From Candidatus Moraniibacteriota bacterium (lineage in GTDB: Bacteria > Patescibacteriota > Minisyncoccia > Moranbacterales > UBA1568), in contig CP064994.1 in the NCBI GenBank assembly GCA_016699975.1, forward strand, positions 848,311-912,310: a stretch of 64,000 bases of DNA. The letters are read 5' to 3'. Below the pieces are notes generated by a model. The model saw nothing but the letters and a program-made list of their open reading frames with translations, was not told the origin of the DNA and made no database searches. Each line of letters begins with the position of its first letter. The first letter of the stretch is position 1. Below are positions 1-10,503 of the stretch, in pieces. The position numbers and the translations under genes were made by a program.

Positions 1-1325
1 AATTTTTTCGGAAAAAACAGTTTTTTCACGACAGTGCTCGCAAATGCGACGAACGAGACGCTGCGCCGCAACCGCTTGAATCGAAGAAGAGAGCAAAAAG
101 GGTTCGATACCCATATCAATAAGACGCGGAATGGAGCCGATCGCATCGTTTGTGTGAAGCGTCGAGAAGACCAGGTGTCCCGTAAGCGCCGCATGAATCG
201 CAAGCTCAGCCGTTTCACTGTCGCGAATCTCTCCCACCATGATGACATTCGGATCCTGACGAAGAATCGAACGGAGTCCACTTGCAAATGTGTATCCAAT
301 TTCCGGTTTTACCTGACTCTGATTGATGCCGTCCAAAAAATATTCCACCGGATCTTCGAGGGTCACAATGTTTCGTTCTTCTTTATTTAAAATATTCAAA
401 AAGCCATAGAGCGTCGTCGACTTCCCCGAACCAGTTGGACCCGTAATCAAAATAATTCCGTAGGGCTCCATAATCTTTCGCGTGAGAATTTCATAGTTTC
501 TCCCGGAGAGACCGAGCTTCTCCAAATCAGCAAGACCCGAAGATTTATCGAGAACACGCATCACTACTTTTCTCCTTCCACCACGGGGAGCGTCGAAACG
601 CGAAGATCAATCACCGTATTTCGTTCGGTCACGCGAAACCGACCGTCTTGTGGCTTTCGCTTTTCGTCGATTTTCAGGTTCGCGAGAATTTTGATACGAG
701 AAACCACTGCTCGACCGACCGAGATCGGCAAAACGAGCGACGCGGAAAGTACCCCGTCCACCCGAAAGCGAACGCGATAATTTCCTTCCACAGGTTCAAT
801 ATGAATATCACTCGCGCGTCCTTCGATCGCATGGCCAATCATTACCTGAACCAGCTTTGCAATAGGAGCATCTTGAAAAACACCTTTTTCCTCGACTCCA
901 ACCGAAGAAAACGGTTCATCAGAAATTTCATCGTCGCCAAGCGACTTGATCGCTTCCGAAAGCGCCTGCTCGGTCCCCGAGTACTGAGCGAGAATTCCCT
1001 CGAGATCCTTTTCGGAAATTCGGTACGTCTCAACGGTGAGCCCTTCTTTTTCGGAGAGAAATCGGAGCACGTTTAATGCCTCCAAATTCTCGGGATCTAC
1101 CATGGCAACTCGCAACACCGAACCTTCTCGCTCAAACGATACCATTTGATGCCGCTTTGCCGTTTCCTCGGAGAGAAAATTGAGAACTCGTCGCTCCACT
1201 TTCTTGCCGGAAAATCCTTCGGAAGAATTTCGGTTGGGATCTGTAGTAGAAGCAGAAACGCGTCCCGAATGTTTTGAAAGAGAAGCCGTGCTCGTCATAT
1301 CTGAAAGGTGCTGAGTTTCGGACAT
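1..1325 (-). CDS. pilB: Type IV pilus assembly ATPase PilB/GspE family (T2SSE_N domain plus ATPase core). The gene runs off the window start and has a -1 frame break at ~564.
   Basis: ORF 564..1325 translates to an N-terminal GspE_N-like region ending in the ...RFRVDGVL...[10 protein letters not shown] motif. The adjacent frame over 563..1 gives VVMRVLDKS...[14 protein letters not shown] (Walker A) ...[10 protein letters not shown]. The two parts are separated by one missing base in ggagaaaag|tagtgatg. Confidence 0.8.
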
Positions 1326-1346
1326 AAGGGAAATGAGGAAAGGAAA

Positions 1347-2201
1347 CTAGCGAAGGAAGGGGTTCGAGCGAGCCGCGGGAGAAACTTGGAGCGGTGGGAT
1401 TTCTTTGGTGACGCGCTCTCGAAGGTTCCGAACCGTGGTAAAGTCGAATTGATCGGTATTGAAAGACGTGAGAAACGTTCCGGGAGCAACTTTGACCGCC
1501 GGCAAGTATCCAAATCGAACGGTTATTTTCGATTCGAGAGTTTCCGCCGAACCCGAGTCAGGCATCTGGGTCGTACCAGTCACGAGCTTCTCCCCCACTT
1601 CTATTTTGAGGAAGCGTTGGAAATGATTGGAGTGATAGACCCGATCCAAAAACGTTTTTATCTGATCGTATTTGCCAAAGACAGAGAGGACGACATCCAC
1701 TGATCGCACCTGTTCTTTCGGAGAAGAGGCGACAAATTGCGGCAGGGTGACGGACGATGCGACAGGAAGAATAGCTCCCGGAGTCGATTGCCCCAGTTCA
1801 GCCTGCATCTGCGCTTCCTGCACGGACGCCTGAACGTTTTGGATAAGTTCGCTCGCCACATGGTCGACATCTGCAGAGAAAAGGAGGAGTCCCGATTCCC
1901 CCGCTAGGAAATTCACCTCATCAAGAATACGCTGATCGCTCTCGGTGGCAGGAAGATAGGTCCCGACAAACGTCTCGTTGCCGACATTTTCATCGAGACT
2001 CTGGTTGAGAGTATCAATGTTTGAGAGCACTCCGTTAATTTGTGCGAGCTTCGCTTCTGCTCCATCGAGCTCTTTGCGAAGAGTGAGTATCGCTGAAATT
2101 TCCGGTTTAATCCAAAATATCCCCATGGCAAGCGCCACAACCAACGCGAGCGGAAACAAAAGAATTTTTACTTTCATAGAAGATGGTGAGGAAAGACGCA
2201 T
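1347..2201 (-). CDS. PilO-like type IV pilus assembly protein (N-terminal TM segment plus coiled coil)
   Basis: N-terminal hydrophobic segment, a coiled-coil region (LRKELDGAEAKLAQ...), and position between pilN-like and pilB in a co-directional operon. Confidence 0.5.
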   Translation of the reverse strand: MRLSSPSSMKVKILLFPLALVVALAMGIFWIKPEISAILTLRKELDGAEAKLAQINGVLSNIDTLNQSLDENVGNETFVGTYLPATESDQRILDEVNFLAGESGLLLFSADVDHVASELIQNVQASVQEAQMQAELGQSTPGAILPVASSVTLPQFVASSPKEQVRSVDVVLSVFGKYDQIKTFLDRVYHSNHFQRFLKIEVGEKLVTGTTQMPDSGSAETLESKITVRFGYLPAVKVAPGTFLTSFNTDQFDFTTVRNLRERVTKEIPPLQVSPAARSNPFLR

Positions 2202-2318
2202 GCTCCGTATCCACTATCACAAAGAGTCTCTTTGAGATATTAGGTACAACCATCGCACCTTCCTCGAATAGTTTTTCTTTGAGAGAATTTATATTTCTAT
2301 TGAGAGCACTTCTCGAAA

Positions 2319-2843
2319 TTACGGAATCATGGTAAGCGAGGCTTCTATTTTTCCGCTCTCCCCGATTTCGACCTGCTTATCAATGAGTACCGAAGAGAAA
2401 ACTTGTTTGAACGCCACCATTTGTCGCGCCACCGCGCCAAATGAATCCGCTGACAGCTTTACCTTGATGGAAGACTCTTCCAAAAGAGCAATGTAAGAAA
2501 GGAGGTTCGCTTCCGGCACCAAGGCCGACTCTATTTTTGAGAGAGAATCGGTGGGAGGAAGAGCGGTTTCCGTGAGCTGTTCCTCAATAACCGTGAGGCG
2601 ATCTGAGAAGTCAGCGACACGATCTGCCTTCTCACCCGAAATAAGCGCTGTCCTCGAGGCACTCTCGGATTCGGTTGCAGCAAAATCCCGAGCCAACATC
2701 TCGCGATAAAATACCAAGCCGAAATAGAGTCCGAACGTTCCTGCAAGAATGAGAAATGAGAGGAGCATCGACTTCCCAAGAAAGCGCGTCGTCATTCTCG
2801 AAGAGTCGCTTCCGGAATTTCCTGCCAAATTTATCTGAGCCAT
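2319..2843 (-). CDS. PilN-like fimbrial assembly protein
   Basis: 174-aa protein with a single TM helix near the N-terminus followed by a coiled coil. Located between pilM and pilO-like genes. Confidence 0.5.
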   Translation of the reverse strand: MAQINLAGNSGSDSSRMTTRFLGKSMLLSFLILAGTFGLYFGLVFYREMLARDFAATESESASRTALISGEKADRVADFSDRLTVIEEQLTETALPPTDSLSKIESALVPEANLLSYIALLEESSIKVKLSADSFGAVARQMVAFKQVFSSVLIDKQVEIGESGKIEASLTMIP

Positions 2844-3043
2844 AGAGTATCAAAAATATTGATATGAGTTTTTGTCTCCTGACGAACTGAAATTTTATTT
2901 TTTATTTTCCAAACCAAACTATTGCAAAGTATACCACACAATGATTTTCTCTTAAAAAATTATGTGGGCCGCACGACTTCAAAAAAAATTTTCAATTGTC
3001 GCCTTCCTCTTCTGGTATAAAAGAATCATATGCCCTCCATCTT

Positions 3044-4147
3044 TTATCGCTTTCGATATTGTTCGAGGCCGCCGAGTGCAAGACCGATCGCAATTGTGAA
3101 GGTGGGGCCGAGTCGTTCTAACGACGATTGAAGCGCTCCATCATACTGAAGAGACCGCCATGGATTAGAAACGGATACGGGTACGTGAAATCGATTTGAG
3201 AGGTTGGAAACGAGTCCTTCCATTTGAGAACTTCCTCCGGAAAGGAGAATTTCTTGAACCGGATTTTTCGGATCTCTTGTTGTGTGCATTTCAAAGATTC
3301 GATTCATCTCGGTCACAATGAGATCGAGCGAAGAAAACGAGAGCGATGACTCCGCATGATTGAGAAAATCTTTCGTGCCGCGCTTCAGTTCCTCTGCTCG
3401 TTCCCATGAAACATTGTAGCTCTCCGCGAGCGTTGCCGTCACTTCATGTCCGCCGGCATTGAGACTGCGGTTCAGTCGGATATCGCCGTTTTGCACGAGC
3501 ACCAAATTGGTTGCCCGCGAACCAATGTCCGCAATGAGAAGTGTGCCCGGCTTTTCCTTCGCCACCGCACGAACGAGAGAAAATATTTCGAGTTCCAAGA
3601 GATCGACGGGCAAATTCGTTTTCGCGACGTATCGTTCATACTTCGCCACTTCTTTGCGAAGCGCCGCGACAAGCAGCACTTCCATGGTTTTTCGATCGTC
3701 TCCTCCGGACTCGACCGCGTTTCCCGAAACCACTTCCCAGCTGAACGCGACTTCCTCGAGAGGCGACGGAATATATTTATGCGCTTCAAACTGAATTGCT
3801 TTTTCCAATTCTTCACTCTTCATGAGCGGTATTTCGATGAGCGTAATAAGCCCGCTAAATCCGGGAAGCGCAATACTTACTCCTTTTGAAACAGGATGAA
3901 GCGCCGAAAAAAGCGCGGAGAGATGGTCTTGGACAGTTTTTTCGGGCGACGGAACTCGGAACATTTTTCCCGGATTTTCCGAAACACTCATATCAATGGA
4001 ACCGTAATTCAAGAGCACGGGAAGATCATTCTTGATCGTGAGCTCGACCGCCTTGATGGCGGAAGTTCCGAAATCAATACCGAGGAAATAGGGTTTTTCC
4101 GATACCGAACATACAAAAGAAAAACAACAAACAAAAAGAAAATGCAT
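3044..4147 (-). CDS. pilM: Type IV pilus assembly protein PilM (actin-like ATPase fold)
   Basis: YFLGIDFGTSAIKAVEL... N-terminal phosphate-1 motif and ...IADIGSRATNLVL..., LLSGGSS motifs typical of PilM/FtsA-like proteins. First gene of the pilMNO(B) operon. Confidence 0.75.
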   Translation of the reverse strand: MHFLFVCCFSFVCSVSEKPYFLGIDFGTSAIKAVELTIKNDLPVLLNYGSIDMSVSENPGKMFRVPSPEKTVQDHLSALFSALHPVSKGVSIALPGFSGLITLIEIPLMKSEELEKAIQFEAHKYIPSPLEEVAFSWEVVSGNAVESGGDDRKTMEVLLVAALRKEVAKYERYVAKTNLPVDLLELEIFSLVRAVAKEKPGTLLIADIGSRATNLVLVQNGDIRLNRSLNAGGHEVTATLAESYNVSWERAEELKRGTKDFLNHAESSLSFSSLDLIVTEMNRIFEMHTTRDPKNPVQEILLSGGSSQMEGLVSNLSNRFHVPVSVSNPWRSLQYDGALQSSLERLGPTFTIAIGLALGGLEQYRKR

Positions 4148-4336
4148 TCGATGGAGATCAAATAAAATCTGATGTCCGCGAAATTCGACGGCACTCTGAA
4201 GTATAGCACAACCAGATTCTCAAAAAAATTTTTCAATCGTTTGCTGTTACAAAAGTCATCAATGCCGATCAGACTTCGAATGCTCTGTTTCGCGAAGGCT
4301 TTTGACTTTTCACGACTGCGATGGTTTAATGAACCG

Positions 4337-6886
4337 ATGAAAAAACTTTCACAGACTCATGATTTTCTTGGGAAATTAAGCGGGCATGCCCGTCATATTT
4401 TGCGAGTTGCCTTCTCGGTCGCGCGCGAAAATAAAAGAGACGTTATTCGCCCCGAACACCTGTTCGTGGCTATTCTTCTCGAAAAGAAAAGTTTAGGGAG
4501 CATTCTCCTCAAACGCTTCGGGATTACCGAAAAGGATATCGAAACGATTCTTCGGCCTCCCTCTTCCTCTGTGCGAAAAGGTCGCACGCTCCTCGAGCGC
4601 ACTCCCGCCGTTTCCAGAGAAACGAGAGATATCGTGGCCAATGCCTTTCTCCTTGCGAACCGATTTTCCTACCCGTATGTCGGAAGTGAGCACTTGGTTC
4701 ACGCGCTTCTCGATTCGGGAACGCGAGCAGTCACAAATCTTCTCAATCGAAAGCGCGTGCCGCCGGAGGCCGGGGAACAAGCGGGTGAGGAACCACTAGT
4801 TCCGGAAAACGAATCGAAAGAAGCATCAAAAGAAGCATCGATTTCTCTTCCCGAACTTCCGGGTTTTTCAAAACTTTTTCCTTTTCCGTCCCTCGGCTTC
4901 CCTTTCGAAGAACAAAATGGCAATCGCGAAGAAAGCGATACTCCGGCGCTCGATCAATTTGGCGTGACGCTCGGAAAAGACCGGCCTCGGTCTCGCGAGC
5001 ATTCAAGGACGCGGGAACGCGAGGCTATTTTACGAACACTTGCAAGAAAAACCAAACAGAATCCGCTCCTGATCGGTCCTCCCGGTGTCGGGAAAACAAC
5101 CATTGTCGAATCAGTCGCCGAACTCCTCGCCGCAGGAGCGGGCGGACACACCCTCGAAGGAAAACGGATCGTCTCTCTTGATCTTGGCGCACTCGTCGCT
5201 GGTACAAGCTTCCGTGGAGAATTCGAATCCCGCCTGAAAGATGTCCTCCGAGAAGCCAAAGAACATCCCGATATTATTCTTTTCTTGGATGAAATCCACA
5301 CATTGATCGGCGCCGGAAACGCAAACGGCGGCCTCGACGCCGCCAACATGCTCAAGCCTGCGCTCTCTCGAGGCGAAGTCCGCTGCATCGGTGCCACCAC
5401 ACTTTCCGAATACCGACGCCATATCGAAAAAGATCCCGCCCTCGAACGACGCTTCCATGTCATTCGCATCGAAGAGCCGAGTGTCGAGGAATCAATTCGC
5501 ATTCTCGAAGAAAGCGTCCCTGAATACGAAACACATCATCGCCTTTCCATATCCAAAGAAGCCGTTCATGCAGCCGTCTCTCTTGGAGTTCGCCATTTGC
5601 CGTCGCGATTTCTCCCCGACAAGGCATTCGACATTCTCGACGAGGCCGCTGCCCTTTTGCGCCGCGAACACGACGCTACTCAACCCGAAGATCATCGCCG
5701 GGAACTGATCAGCGCTCACGAAACGCTCCTTGCGAAAAAGCACGAGCTTATCCGTAACAAAAAGTTCGAAGAAGCAAAAGCGCTCCATATCGAAGAATCC
5801 GCTCTCGAAGAACAGCTCAACCACATGGAACGCCTTCGCAAGGAGCGCGAGAAAAAACATCGCCTCGTTCTTTCGCGTGAAACGGTAGAAAAGGCAGCCG
5901 CCCTTCTTTCCGGAACGCCGCTCGAACAGATCACTCGCGAAACACTCGCCGCTCGAAAAACCCTCCTCCCCCAACTCTCGGAAAAAATCATCGGCCAAGA
6001 ATCCGTTCTCTCTGCGCTCTCCGAGGCAATTCTTCGCGCGAAGCTCGGCCTTGGTCGCGATCCAAAACGAACACGCCCGCTCGGCTCCTTCCTTTTTCTT
6101 GGCCCTTCCGGCGTCGGAAAAACTCTCACCGCACGAACCCTCTCCGAAGTTCTCTTCGAAGGAAAAACCTCCTTCCTGCGTTTCGATATGAGTGAGTTCC
6201 GAGAACATCATCACCTCACGCAGTTGGTGGGCTCGCCGGCAGGATACGTGGGTTTCGGCGAAGGCGGCGTCCTCACCGAACACCTCCGTCACCATCCGTC
6301 ATCCGTCATTCTCTTCGACGAAATAGAAAAAGCGCATCCCGATGTGCTGAATATTCTCCTCCAAATCCTTGAAGAGGGCATCCTGACCGATGCCGAAGGA
6401 AAGCGCGCGCACTTCGGCGAAAGTATCATTATCTTGACGTCGAATATCGGCTCCGCTTTGTTTGAAAAAGACACGAAACTCGGATTCTCCGAAACCGATG
6501 CGGCAGCACACTCTTTTGACCAAACTGCTCACGAAGTGCAAAGCGCCTTGAAGCGAGAGATGCGTCCCGAACTCCTTGCTCGACTCGACCACGTTCTCGT
6601 GTTTCGACCGCTCTCGGAAGAAGCGCTCGAGAAAATCGCACTCCTCGAAGGAAAGGCACTTGAAGAAGCCCTTCGGAAAAACGGGATGCGTCTTTCGATT
6701 CCCAAGTCCGTTTTCCGATTTCTCGCAAAAAAAAGCGCGCAAGAGAAAGAAGGAGCGCGTTCGATCCGCAAAAATATGCAGAACCTCATCGAAAATCCGA
6801 TATCATCCCTTCTTCTTGCCGAGTCGAATCTTCCTGCCGAAATATTCGTCACACTCGAGAAAAATTGCATTCATGTACGCGTGTGA
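4337..6886 (+). CDS. clpC: ATP-dependent Clp protease ATP-binding subunit ClpC (Clp_N repeats, two AAA+ modules, UVR-like middle motif)
   Basis: Two Walker A motifs (GPPGVGKT, GPSGVGKT), Clp_N repeats at the N-terminus, a UvrB/C-like segment (LLAKKHELIRNKKFEEAKALHIEES) between the NBDs, and sensor/arginine-finger motifs. ORF track 4172..6886; the likely start is ATG at 4337. Confidence 0.85.
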   Translation: MKKLSQTHDFLGKLSGHARHILRVAFSVARENKRDVIRPEHLFVAILLEKKSLGSILLKRFGITEKDIETILRPPSSSVRKGRTLLERTPAVSRETRDIVANAFLLANRFSYPYVGSEHLVHALLDSGTRAVTNLLNRKRVPPEAGEQAGEEPLVPENESKEASKEASISLPELPGFSKLFPFPSLGFPFEEQNGNREESDTPALDQFGVTLGKDRPRSREHSRTREREAILRTLARKTKQNPLLIGPPGVGKTTIVESVAELLAAGAGGHTLEGKRIVSLDLGALVAGTSFRGEFESRLKDVLREAKEHPDIILFLDEIHTLIGAGNANGGLDAANMLKPALSRGEVRCIGATTLSEYRRHIEKDPALERRFHVIRIEEPSVEESIRILEESVPEYETHHRLSISKEAVHAAVSLGVRHLPSRFLPDKAFDILDEAAALLRREHDATQPEDHRRELISAHETLLAKKHELIRNKKFEEAKALHIEESALEEQLNHMERLRKEREKKHRLVLSRETVEKAAALLSGTPLEQITRETLAARKTLLPQLSEKIIGQESVLSALSEAILRAKLGLGRDPKRTRPLGSFLFLGPSGVGKTLTARTLSEVLFEGKTSFLRFDMSEFREHHHLTQLVGSPAGYVGFGEGGVLTEHLRHHPSSVILFDEIEKAHPDVLNILLQILEEGILTDAEGKRAHFGESIIILTSNIGSALFEKDTKLGFSETDAAAHSFDQTAHEVQSALKREMRPELLARLDHVLVFRPLSEEALEKIALLEGKALEEALRKNGMRLSIPKSVFRFLAKKSAQEKEGARSIRKNMQNLIENPISSLLLAESNLPAEIFVTLEKNCIHVRV

Positions 6887-7638
6887 TACTTCGAACGCTT
6901 CTCTCTCTTTTTGAAGACGCGTTCTTCCCCCTTCGGTGCGTTCTCTGTGAAAAAAATGGGGAATTGTTGTGTGCATCCTGCGCCGCCTCTCTTCCTCGAC
7001 GCAGCTCACAAGTCTGCGGCTTCTGTGGCGCCCGCGAAACTCCGCAGGGCACCCTCTGCCACGAGTGCCACAGCGACAACTCTTCGCTCGACGGCATTTT
7101 TGCAGCCACCCGCTACGATGTTCTGCATATTGCTCGCCTCATTCATCTTTTTAAATATCGCTTTCTTCGTGACCTCGCGGAACCGCTCGGACACATCCTT
7201 TCGGAAGCGGTCTTGCGTTCGGAACTCCCGCTTCCCGACCTCCTTCTTCCCGTACCGCTTCATCCGAGACGCGAGCGGTTCCGCGGATGGAACCAATCAC
7301 TTCTTCTTGCAGAAGAGATGAGAAAGCACTTCCCCGAGCCCATAGCGCCTCGCGTTGATCCCCATCTTCTCAACAGAATTCGTTTCACGGCGCCCCAGAT
7401 GTCTCTTCGGGGCCGAATTGATCGCGCACAAAACATCGAAGGAGCGTTCGCACTCTCTCCCCCTCCAGAAAATAAAAACGAGCCCGAAAAAAACGCATTT
7501 GTTGATGCGCGCATTCTCGGAAAATACGTGTGGCTCATCGACGATGTCGCAGCATCAGGAGCAACCCTTCGCGCCTGCGCCGATGTTCTCAAAAAAAGCG
7601 GCGCCAAAAAAGTGTTTGGGGTCGTTGTGGCGCGTTAA
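6865..7638 (+). CDS. comFC: ComF family phosphoribosyltransferase-domain protein (ComFC-like)
   Basis: N-terminal CxxC...CxxC zinc finger (CVLCEKNGELLCASC...CGFCG), a C-terminal PRTase motif (VWLIDDVAASGATL), and a 22-bp overlap with the clpC stop. Confidence 0.7.
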   Translation: MHSCTRVILRTLLSLFEDAFFPLRCVLCEKNGELLCASCAASLPRRSSQVCGFCGARETPQGTLCHECHSDNSSLDGIFAATRYDVLHIARLIHLFKYRFLRDLAEPLGHILSEAVLRSELPLPDLLLPVPLHPRRERFRGWNQSLLLAEEMRKHFPEPIAPRVDPHLLNRIRFTAPQMSLRGRIDRAQNIEGAFALSPPPENKNEPEKNAFVDARILGKYVWLIDDVAASGATLRACADVLKKSGAKKVFGVVVAR

Positions 7639-8168
7639 AAAGTTTGAGGGTTCTCTCGAGAACAGGAATAAGAGCGACGAGAATTCTCCCGCTCCAAAAC
7701 CAAGAACGAGTACCGAAGATCCCCCGCCATTCGATCCTCCCGACTCACCGTTTTCGGAAAGAGCGTTTCATATTCTGGAAAAAAAACATCCCCCGAAAAG
7801 TGTCCGAAGACGAGGGTGATATACAAGCGATCCGCCCGAGCGATCGCCTCCTTGTACACGACTCCGCCGCCGATCACAAATACTTCTTCGCTCCCGGGAG
7901 CACTCTCTGCCACAGTAAGCGCCTCCTCCAAAGAAGAAGCAATAAGAATACCAGGAGGTGATTCCCATGGAATATCCGAAAGCACGATATTGGTTCGTTC
8001 GGGAAGCGGCTTCCCAATCGAAGAAAACGTCTTCATCCCCAGAATAACGGGGTGGCCCTTTGTTTTCTCCCGAAAATACGCGAGATCGTCAGGAATATGC
8101 CACGGCAATTTCCCTTTATTTCCAATCACACGATTTCCTTCTCCCACTGCCGCGATGAGACTGAGCAT
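7635..8168 (-). CDS. folA: Dihydrofolate reductase
   Basis: LSLIAAVGEGNRVIGNKGKLPWHIPDDLAYFREKTKGHPVILGMKTFSSIGKPLPERTNIVLS is a near-canonical DHFR N-terminus. The GGGVVY motif is also present. Confidence 0.85.
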   Translation of the reverse strand: MLSLIAAVGEGNRVIGNKGKLPWHIPDDLAYFREKTKGHPVILGMKTFSSIGKPLPERTNIVLSDIPWESPPGILIASSLEEALTVAESAPGSEEVFVIGGGVVYKEAIARADRLYITLVFGHFSGDVFFPEYETLFPKTVSREDRMAGDLRYSFLVLERENSRRSYSCSRENPQTF

Positions 8169-8185
8169 AGAAAAAGTCTGTTCTT

Positions 8186-9202
8186 TTATTTCTTTCTCTC
8201 AAATCCTCCAATATTTGCTATCTCTGCACGAATTGCCGGATGAGGATCATAGCCATCAAGAGAAAAATCTTCAAAGACAAAATCATCGATATTTTTTCTA
8301 GAAAGAGAAAGGGAAAGTTGAGGAAATGGTTTCGGTTCTCGGGAAAGCTGTTCTCGAACCTGCTCAAAGTGATTGCTATAAATGTGGGCATCACCAAGAG
8401 TATGAAAAAAATCACCCGGCTTAAGTCCCGTAATATGCGCCACCATCCGCAGAAGTAAGGCGTAACTTGCTATATTAAAAGGAAGACCCAAAAAGACATC
8501 CGCACTCCTTTGATAAAGTCCGAGATTTAAAATGCCATCCCCTGTAACCGCAAACTGAAAGGTAGTGTGACAAAATGGCGGGACGTCGTTGTCATTCCCT
8601 TTCGAGGCCATTTCATAAATAAAGTCGGGATTCCAAGCAGAAACGACATAGGATTTTCGATAGGGCATTTTCCGCAGCCCCTCAATAACCCATCCGAGTT
8701 GATCAATTGCTCTCCCGTCACTCGCAGGCCATCGCCTCCACATCTTTCCGTACGCCACAATAAGATCTCCCCATTCCACAACAAAAGGGTCATTTTCCGG
8801 AAGTGACGCGATTTTTTCTATAAACTCTTTCTGCTCCATATCAGGAAGTCCGCGTTCTCCGCACATTCTGCGGTACCGCTTCCAAGCCCACTCATCCCAA
8901 ATATGCACATTTCTGTCCACGAGATACTTAATATTTGTATAGCCGCGCAAAAACCAAAGCAGTTCTTCAAGAATACCGCGAAAAAAAACTTTCTTGGTAG
9001 TAAGAAGAGGAAAATATTGTCCAACATTAAATCGCATTGAATACCCAAATATTGAACGGATAGTTGGAGGATCCTCCCCCTTCTTTTTGTACCATTCTAA
9101 TATTTCAGGAGCAAAAAAGAGCTTCTTATCCGTTCCCTCTTTGAGAATCTTTTTCAAAAGATCGATATATTGGTATTCCGGATGCTGTATCTTTTGTTCC
9201 AT
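8186..9202 (-). CDS. thyA: Thymidylate synthase ThyA (long form with internal insertion)
   Basis: Catalytic motifs are present: PPFCHTTFQFAV (PCH...QFYV), AYGKMWRRW (GPVYG.QWR), and DAHIY. The protein is 338 aa versus ~264 for short-form ThyA. Confidence 0.85.
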   Translation of the reverse strand: MEQKIQHPEYQYIDLLKKILKEGTDKKLFFAPEILEWYKKKGEDPPTIRSIFGYSMRFNVGQYFPLLTTKKVFFRGILEELLWFLRGYTNIKYLVDRNVHIWDEWAWKRYRRMCGERGLPDMEQKEFIEKIASLPENDPFVVEWGDLIVAYGKMWRRWPASDGRAIDQLGWVIEGLRKMPYRKSYVVSAWNPDFIYEMASKGNDNDVPPFCHTTFQFAVTGDGILNLGLYQRSADVFLGLPFNIASYALLLRMVAHITGLKPGDFFHTLGDAHIYSNHFEQVREQLSREPKPFPQLSLSLSRKNIDDFVFEDFSLDGYDPHPAIRAEIANIGGFERKK

Positions 9203-9232
9203 ATTCGTTTTATAAATGGAGAAGTAAGAGTC

Positions 9233-9853
9233 TTATTTCCGTGAGGGACGACTCTTTTTCGGAGCCTGAAAATTTTCCCAGTTTCTTTCATGAAACCGAC
9301 CTGTTTCACTATAGTCTTGCGAAACTGGTGCCGAGAGCGGCGAAAAGACAAGCTGAGCGATTTCCATTCCGGGACGCAGTATGATCGGCATTCGATTTAT
9401 ATTTGAGAGCTCCAGCGTAATGTTCAAAAAATGGCCGGGATTAATAAGTCCCGCCGTATTATGCACCACAAGACCAACGCGAGCGAGGCTCGATTTGCCA
9501 GAAATTTGAATGAGATACTTCTTACTTCCTACAAAATCACGAATTCTTCCCAGGACTGTTTCACCTGGATACAGCAAGAAGGGTTCCCCATCCTTCACAC
9601 GATGCTCTTTCGTCTTCGGAAACACCTTCTTTTCCGGATCAATGACCAAGGTCGTGTAGGCGTCAGTCACAATGAAATTATTATCAAGAATCACATCATA
9701 ACTTGCGGGTTGGAGTCGATTCTTGTCGAAACCGCGAAGAACAATATCTTTTTTCTTTACCGCCAAAAGAATATCCTGATCAGAGAGATACATAGTCGTT
9801 TCATTCAAGGACAAAAATTCTGTCTGTTCCGTAATATTCTGGCCAGTGTTCAT
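9233..9853 (-). CDS. dcd: dCTP deaminase (dUTPase-fold)
   Basis: LQPASYDVIL signature, a trimeric dUTPase-fold profile, and clustering with thyA and folA. Confidence 0.8.
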   Translation of the reverse strand: MNTGQNITEQTEFLSLNETTMYLSDQDILLAVKKKDIVLRGFDKNRLQPASYDVILDNNFIVTDAYTTLVIDPEKKVFPKTKEHRVKDGEPFLLYPGETVLGRIRDFVGSKKYLIQISGKSSLARVGLVVHNTAGLINPGHFLNITLELSNINRMPIILRPGMEIAQLVFSPLSAPVSQDYSETGRFHERNWENFQAPKKSRPSRK

Positions 9854-10479
9854 TATAAAAAAGCAAACATGCGCTCTAATCTTTCTTGAGGCAACTCCTC
9901 GACTCCCAAGTCACTCATAAACTCAAGAAGTTTCGCTCTCGTTGCTTCAATCTCTGTTTCATTTTGGATAACTTTTTCAAATTCAGCCACATAGCCGTAT
10001 CCTGCATTTCGATCTATACAAATCGTAACGTCACCCGCATCATATTCTTCACGTTCACGGGACCATTTTGCCTGGAAGGAAAAACCCGAAGAAACAAGAA
10101 GTGAATCGAGCTCATCGAGAGAGAGATTCCCTACTTCATCCTCAAATTCCATTCGTGATATTCCGTTAGAGCTCGAGGTTTCGTCCACGGAAGCCTTGAC
10201 CACAAAGAATACCCTTCCATTCACTTCCCGAGTGCGCACTGAGTGTTTCGATCCTTGTTTCACCACTTTTCGTAACTCCTCAAAAGAAGCGGATTTGAGA
10301 TATTTTTCGATACGCGGAAGAAGAATGTTCCAATCGCCCACCAGAAAATAATGATTGAGCTGTGCCCCAGTTTGAATGAGGCGCGCCGGTACTGGAAGAG
10401 AAAACAGCTTGTTGCGGAGTTGGTCTGCTTTTTCTTTTTCTCCAAGAAGACTCTTTATTTCTATCTCAAAATTTCCCAT
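9853..10479 (-). CDS. CYTH-domain protein (CyaB/ThTPase triphosphate tunnel metalloenzyme family)
   Basis: N-terminal EIEIK motif, internal EFEDEV and AEFE glutamate motifs, and a length of ~200 aa. Confidence 0.6.
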   Translation of the reverse strand: MGNFEIEIKSLLGEKEKADQLRNKLFSLPVPARLIQTGAQLNHYFLVGDWNILLPRIEKYLKSASFEELRKVVKQGSKHSVRTREVNGRVFFVVKASVDETSSSNGISRMEFEDEVGNLSLDELDSLLVSSGFSFQAKWSREREEYDAGDVTICIDRNAGYGYVAEFEKVIQNETEIEATRAKLLEFMSDLGVEELPQERLERMFAFL

Positions 10480-10503
10480 ATTCGTGTGTTATAGAAAAAT
10501 GGT

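Noticed and set aside
34-390. 118-aa plus-strand ORF at the window start
   Set aside because: It lies antisense to the clearly conserved PilB ATPase core (Walker A and other motifs on the minus strand) and has no homology. It is an ORF-track artefact.
5492-6295. 267-aa minus-strand ORF inside clpC
   Set aside because: It is antisense to the second AAA+ module of ClpC. Its composition, rich in Phe, Glu and Gly from reverse-strand codons, is typical of shadow ORFs.
7355-7961. Plus-strand ORFs of 143-154 aa downstream of comFC
   Set aside because: They overlap the folA gene on the opposite strand, and folA has a canonical DHFR sequence. These ORFs have no motifs.
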